From NCBI GenBank assembly GCA_963675525.2, contig CAXXSL010000011.1, positions 160,001 to 224,000 on the forward strand: DNA of 64,000 nucleotides, written 5' to 3'. The number at the start of each line of letters is the position of its first letter. The stretch's first letter is position 1. A program made the translations under genes and the position numbers. Below are positions 59,226-64,000 of this stretch, in pieces. A model generated the notes under the pieces. That model did no database searches, was not told where the DNA came from, and saw only the letters and a program-made list of their open reading frames with translations. The DNA comes from Anaerohalosphaeraceae bacterium. Its GTDB lineage: Bacteria; Planctomycetota; Phycisphaerae; Sedimentisphaerales; Anaerohalosphaeraceae.

Positions 59226-60908
59226 TCAAACTACCGCACGGATGCGGATCATTTCCTGTTCGATAATTTTCCGAGTGTGCCTTCTGTCCAAAATCCCTGC
59301 GGCAAGCTCATCTTCAGCACTTCTTACGATCGGCAATTGTTCATTCCCGCTCTCTTCCATTATTGCGATGGCCTCTTTCAGGGGCATCGTTTCGGGTATG
59401 CTGCGTATCCCCGGAACCAGAACATCAGCAACCACCATCCAGGTCCAGCAGTCACCGTCCAGCAATATATCTTTTAAATGGGACAATGTCAAGATTCCGG
59501 ACAATTTCCCGAGTGCATTAACAACCGGGTAGGCCATGTTTTCTCCCAGAGAAAACCGTTGTACGGCTCTTCCGATGGGATCGGTTTCATAGAGAGGTTC
59601 GACCTGCTTCAGTGCCACATCAGAGACCTTAAGTCTCTCTATCATATCTTCTTCCGTAATGTTCCGGTCATTCTCGCCTGCCAGACGAATGCTGAGCTTG
59701 ACCATGGCCGGACCGATGATCTGGACAATGAATGTCGTGGCCGTAACCCCGGAAATAATCAGTTCTCCAAGCGAAAGATTCTCCATAATTTGGATATTTC
59801 CCAGGTGCTGGCTGGCCATAATTGACAACCCGATCGCCACACCCCCCTGAGCAAAAATGCCCATCCCGCTGTATTTTTGGACCGCCTCTGAGGCTCCGGA
59901 CAATTTGGCTCCGACATAACAGCCGATCATTTTTCCCGCACTTCGGCCAATCACATAAACCGCAACAATGCCCCACATCCAAAGCGGCATATTAATGATT
60001 TCCAGACGGGCTCCAACCATCACAAAAAACATCACATAAATCGGCACCGAAAAACTCTTAACAACAGTAAGCAGTTTTTCACTTCGGTGCGGCGTCAGAT
60101 TGACCAAAAGCAGTCCCATCGCCATGGTCACTAAGATCACATCCAGATGCAGGGCAATGGCCACACCGATCACACAGAGCAGCATCCCGACACCGATTGC
60201 CAGCATACGTTCCTGTTTCTGATGCACATAGCGAAGAAATAAAACCATGATTGAACCGCTGATCAGACCAAAACACACCGACCCGCCCAATTCAATAATA
60301 ATTCGCAATACTTCCCCCAGTACATTGCCACCCTGCCCCAGCAGCATCTCGGCACAACTGGTTCCTACTCCGTAAAGTGTCATCGCCAATGCGTCATCGA
60401 GTGCGACGATCGCAATGATCGTCGTCGTCAGGACGCCGCGTGCCCGGTACTCCCATAAGACTTCCACCGTTGAAGCCGGGTCCGTCGCCGAAGCAATCGC
60501 GCCAAAAACAACGCCCGCCGCCAACGATGCCGCAAAATGATGCGTAACAAGATAAACGATACCGAATGTCGCCCCGGCAACAAGAAAAAATGCCAACAGA
60601 CCTTCCCAAAGCAGGATCTGAATAAACTGTTTACCGTATTGTTTAAACGTCTCGAACTTCAGCTCGCCCCCGACCAGAAAACCGATGATTCCCAAAGCAA
60701 ACCACGTAAACGAACGAAGGTTTTCAATGTCTTCGGTTCCCAGCAGTTTCAGGCCGCTTTTACCAATTAATATTCCAAAGGCAATATAGCCGACAACCTG
60801 CGGGATGCGGATCTTTTGGAAGAACCACGCCCCGAGAGCGCCGCCCAGAACACCGATGCCCAGCAGCATTAAAATCCCAAGATGAATCTCTGCCATCGCC
60901 AGAGGCAT
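59226..60908 (-). CDS. Cation:proton antiporter (CPA) with C-terminal CBS pair
   Basis: IPQVVGYI..GILIG, GFLVGGEL, ATDPA, ALDDA, FFVMVGA, R..GK..G, QGGVAIGL; CBS motifs YPVVN and LPIV. Confidence 0.9.
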   Translation of the reverse strand: MPLAMAEIHLGILMLLGIGVLGGALGAWFFQKIRIPQVVGYIAFGILIGKSGLKLLGTEDIENLRSFTWFALGIIGFLVGGELKFETFKQYGKQFIQILLWEGLLAFFLVAGATFGIVYLVTHHFAASLAAGVVFGAIASATDPASTVEVLWEYRARGVLTTTIIAIVALDDALAMTLYGVGTSCAEMLLGQGGNVLGEVLRIIIELGGSVCFGLISGSIMVLFLRYVHQKQERMLAIGVGMLLCVIGVAIALHLDVILVTMAMGLLLVNLTPHRSEKLLTVVKSFSVPIYVMFFVMVGARLEIINMPLWMWGIVAVYVIGRSAGKMIGCYVGAKLSGASEAVQKYSGMGIFAQGGVAIGLSIMASQHLGNIQIMENLSLGELIISGVTATTFIVQIIGPAMVKLSIRLAGENDRNITEEDMIERLKVSDVALKQVEPLYETDPIGRAVQRFSLGENMAYPVVNALGKLSGILTLSHLKDILLDGDCWTWMVVADVLVPGIRSIPETMPLKEAIAIMEESGNEQLPIVRSAEDELAAGILDRRHTRKIIEQEMIRIRAVV

Positions 60909-61567
60909 TATCGCCCTCCTTCCGTCAAAAGACTGTAAATGGTTTCCGCATCACAAGCCTGCACCAGCATTTCGCGAAGCACGGGATTTTTCAGACGTCC
61001 ACCGATCGCCGCCATCGTTTTTATATGCATGGTATGCTGGTCCTTGCCTGCCAGGATCATAAAAATTACGCGAACCGGTTGGCTGTCAAGGGATTCATAA
61101 TCGACGATATCCAGCGTGCTGACGCCAACTGCCATCAGCAGATTCTCAATGCCGTCCATCCGAACATGCGGGATACCAATCCCCAGCCCGATGCCGGTAC
61201 TCATGAGCTTTTCGCGTTGGAAAATTCCCTCCGCAACCGCGTCTCTGTCACCGATCGCACCGCTTTGATCCAGACCATCGATCATCTGCATCAATGCCGC
61301 ATCTTTGGAATCGACCTCCATCAGCATCACATGCTCCGGCTTGAGGATCTCCTTTAGCGACACAGGCGAAAATGTAACATTCTTTTTGGTATGCGAGGAA
61401 AGCTGCTCATCGACCCATTTTTCAACCTCTGACCGTTTAAACCGCCACGTTGTCCCCAGTTTCCCGCAGGGAATGACCCCATGCGTGGCCCAGTCATAGA
61501 CGGTCCGCTCCGAGACTCTCAAAAATTCTGCCACTTCCTGAACAGTCATAATGTCCGGCTTTGTCAT
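60908..61567 (-). CDS. Excisionase-like HTH fused to PTS IIA (Ntr/fructose-type) domain
   Basis: MTVQEVAEFLRVSERTVYDW..IPCGKLGTTWRF; REKLMSTGIGLGIGIPH; DSQPVRVIFMI. Confidence 0.92.
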   Translation of the reverse strand: MTKPDIMTVQEVAEFLRVSERTVYDWATHGVIPCGKLGTTWRFKRSEVEKWVDEQLSSHTKKNVTFSPVSLKEILKPEHVMLMEVDSKDAALMQMIDGLDQSGAIGDRDAVAEGIFQREKLMSTGIGLGIGIPHVRMDGIENLLMAVGVSTLDIVDYESLDSQPVRVIFMILAGKDQHTMHIKTMAAIGGRLKNPVLREMLVQACDAETIYSLLTEGGR

Positions 61568-61824
61568 TTCCTGTTACCTCTCAAAATCCACATTAAAAGT
61601 CACATGAAAACCAAAAATGTCATTATATGCGATATATTCATCTAATTGCAATAAAAAACATTCTTTTCTCAAAAAAACATAAAAATGATGATATTCTGAA
61701 TTGGCTTCGTTTGGGTTTGTTTATTTAGTCGTTAATCGCTGATGAATGGTCGTTAGTCTTTTTGATAAAATCACTTACGATGATTTAGCTTCCGTTTGAA
61801 ATGGGTTTGTTTTGCGAAAAAGGT

Positions 61825-62898
61825 CTATGGAACGATGCCGAAGAGCCAGTCATCGGCCAACAGGACTACATCGTTTGGGTCCACGGTGCCGCTCTGGTCG
61901 AAATCGGCCCACTCGCACCAGTTTGGATCCCCGCAGCCTGTTTGAAGCCAATGACCGGCCAGCACGGAAAAATCGTAGATATCGACTTCGTAATTCAGGT
62001 CCGTGTCTGCCGGAGACAGCGGCCAAATCGCGGTCGGATGTCCGCCATAGGTCGCCTCCCAACCGGTGGTTTCCGGGATGTAATAGATAGTTACATTGTC
62101 GTCATAATCGAACACAGATGCCCCAAAGCCGGGAGCATCTCCTCTAAAATAGACGCCGGTCAGATTGGGGCAGTAATAAAACGCCCCTTCCCCGATGGTG
62201 GTGACGCCGTTACCGATGATGACGTCGGTCAGGATGGAGCAGTGACTGAACGCCCTGTCCCCGATGGTGGTGACGCTGTTGCCGATGGTGACGCCGGGCA
62301 GGCCATCGCAGTTATAGAACGCATGAAACCCGAGAGTGGTGACGCTGTCGGGAATTGTATAGGTTCCGGCTTTGCCCTCCGGATATCGGGTGAGTTCCGT
62401 TTGGCTTTTGTTGAACAAGACCCCTTCTATGCTGCTATATGTGGAGTTAAGGGCATCGACTGTTATTGCTGTCAGACTGGTGCAGAGACTGAATGTATTG
62501 ACCCCAATGATGGCGACGCTGCTGCCGATAGTGATGCTGGTCAGGTTGCTGCACTCAAAAAACACCTGGCTACCGATGGTGGTAACGCTGTCGGGGATGG
62601 TGATGCTGGTCAGACTGTTACAATATTCGAACGCATAACTGCCGATGGTGGTGACCGTCAGGCCGGCGAGTGTACCGGGAATGGTGACGTCGCCGCCGGG
62701 GCCGAAGTAATCAGTGATGGTGCATGTGCCGTCGCCATTGTCGTCATAATAGTAACCTCCGTAAAAAGCGGCTTGTGCCGCGGCCGATAGCAACAGCAGG
62801 AGCAGCAGCGACAGGATTTTGAGAACGCAGGCGGTTGTTACACGTTGAACCCTTGTATGCAAGCCGTTCGTTTTGGAAGAAACGTTTTTTGTTCCCAT
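61825..62898 (-). CDS. BspA-like leucine-rich repeat (LRR_5) surface protein with dockerin-like C-terminus
   Basis: Repeats of IPDSVTTIG..AF..C..LTSI; YSSIEGVLFNK; ADTDLNYEVDIYDF..HWL and ADFDQSGTVD. Start placed at MGTKN; the ORF extends to 63219. Confidence 0.88.
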   Translation of the reverse strand: MGTKNVSSKTNGLHTRVQRVTTACVLKILSLLLLLLLSAAAQAAFYGGYYYDDNGDGTCTITDYFGPGGDVTIPGTLAGLTVTTIGSYAFEYCNSLTSITIPDSVTTIGSQVFFECSNLTSITIGSSVAIIGVNTFSLCTSLTAITVDALNSTYSSIEGVLFNKSQTELTRYPEGKAGTYTIPDSVTTLGFHAFYNCDGLPGVTIGNSVTTIGDRAFSHCSILTDVIIGNGVTTIGEGAFYYCPNLTGVYFRGDAPGFGASVFDYDDNVTIYYIPETTGWEATYGGHPTAIWPLSPADTDLNYEVDIYDFSVLAGHWLQTGCGDPNWCEWADFDQSGTVDPNDVVLLADDWLFGIVP

Positions 62899-63341
62899 CC
62901 TCGTTCTCCTTCGAGTTCTCCTTTTAGTCATTACATGGAACGCGGCCCTGCTGTGCCTGTCAAATGCGTAACCGATTAAATAGTCCGCGTTTCCATTGTG
63001 ATAAATAGTATACACGAAGGCCCATCTGACGTCAATGAAAATTCCCCCATAATAAGAGTCGTCAATTATACAGAATTTAGGCGTCCTAAAGGATGACTTT
63101 GTCCTGTTCGGTAAAAAACTTGCTTGACTGGCAGGATGATAGCAAACATGTCGGTTTTTGGTGAACAACGGTTCAAGGTTCCAAAGAGGGGCTTGTCTTT
63201 TGGGAGACGTTGGATACAATGGCGGCGGTGAACATGGGATCCGCCTATCGGCGGATGACTGTTTAAATAGATTCCTTGGCTGCGCTCGGAATGACCGTTT
63301 TGATGCTGGATGCTTGAGTCGTTGACAGAACAGGATTTATA

Positions 63342-64000
63342 ATGGCGATATTGGTTGGGATTGATGAAGCTGGATATGGACCCTTACTGGGGCCACTGGT
63401 GGTTTCGAGCGCGGTGTTTCGGTTGCCGGAAGAACTGCTGCGTACCGACCTCTGGGATGTCCTGCAAAAGGCTGTTACATCGGGAAAAAAAGGAGCCGCC
63501 GGGCGTATTCTGATTACCGACAGCAAGAAGGCCTACAACCGCAGCAGCGGCATCAAACACCTCCGGCGTACCGTACATGCCTGCCTGGGTGCGGTATCCA
63601 ACCATCAGGATGAACCGATACATACCGCCGCTCAACTGATCCAAAAACTTTGCCCCGGTTGCGCCGGCCGCATTATAGAATACCCTTGGTACAACGCTCT
63701 ACATGAACATACACTCCCGCAGCAAGTCGACGAGATACAGATCGCCTCCGGTGTTTTAAAACGCACCCTGGCAGACAATAACATCCATCTGGTCGGCATT
63801 CACAGCGAATGCCTGGATGTCGCTTTCTATAACAGCCGGGTCACAGCCGTCAAAAACAAAAGCCGGGTTTTGTTTACGGCACTCTGTTCACTGATCATGG
63901 ATGTGCTCAATCATGCACCGGCGAATGATCCGATACAGATCATCGTTGACCGTCAGGGCGGCCGGGTCAATTATCAGCAGGAACTGCTGCGGATGTTCCC
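63342..64000 (+). CDS. RNase HII-like protein (partial, runs off the window)
   Basis: MAILVGIDEAGYGPLLGPLVVS, ITDSKK, IIVDRQGGR; the frame appears open to the window end. Confidence 0.8.
   Translation, partial: MAILVGIDEAGYGPLLGPLVVSSAVFRLPEELLRTDLWDVLQKAVTSGKKGAAGRILITDSKKAYNRSSGIKHLRRTVHACLGAVSNHQDEPIHTAAQLIQKLCPGCAGRIIEYPWYNALHEHTLPQQVDEIQIASGVLKRTLADNNIHLVGIHSECLDVAFYNSRVTAVKNKSRVLFTALCSLIMDVLNHAPANDPIQIIVDRQGGRVNYQQELLRMF

Noticed and set aside
61801..62790. 329-aa plus-strand ORF
   Set aside because: Antisense shadow of the repetitive LRR gene; no independent motifs.
62899..63219. Long N-terminal extension of the LRR protein
   Set aside because: It does not look protein-like; the signal-peptide-like segment lies after MGTKN.

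Overview
Bacterial chromosomal segment, most consistent with Planctomycetota/Phycisphaerae. The supporting features are a prepilin-type DUF1559 gene, PEP-CTERM proteins and many secreted proteins carrying dockerin-like DxxxDxxVDxxD...WL motifs; the taxonomy is an inference. (1) 1-16.7 kb: a glycan utilisation locus with a complete beta-mannan pathway (GH5, GH113, GPH transporter, two GH130 phosphorylases, cellobiose 2-epimerase, LacI), a DUF2961 protein and a beta-propeller/ADP-ribosylglycohydrolase fusion. (2) 16.8-31.7 kb: a minus-strand cluster of LacI, DUF1559, a LamG protein, two PEP-CTERM lectins, two metallophosphoesterases and an IMPase. Each PEP-CTERM lectin domain reappears at the N-terminus of one phosphoesterase. 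A 1.5 kb patch of this cluster is heavily frameshifted. (3) 31.9-35.7 kb: GH9 and a propeller glycosidase. (4) About 35.8-53.5 kb: an AT-richer island ending at the 3' end of tRNA-Gly. It carries an IS remnant, GH17, an atypical tRNA-Cys, phosphatases, a large membrane sensor-like protein and a PIG-L deacetylase. The highlight is a five-gene operon: Mpa/ARC-like AAA+ ATPase, ubiquitin-like protein, E2, JAB peptidase, and an E1 fused to a proline-rich linker and about four TM helices. A palindrome TGTCCGCGGACA recurs in four intergenic regions of the island. (5) 53.6-64 kb: a PEP-CTERM metalloprotease, proA/proB, tRNA-Leu, a beta-helix protein, an antiporter-CBS protein, HTH-PTS IIA, a BspA-like LRR protein and a partial RNase HII-like gene. 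All calls come from motif reading only; no database search was run.
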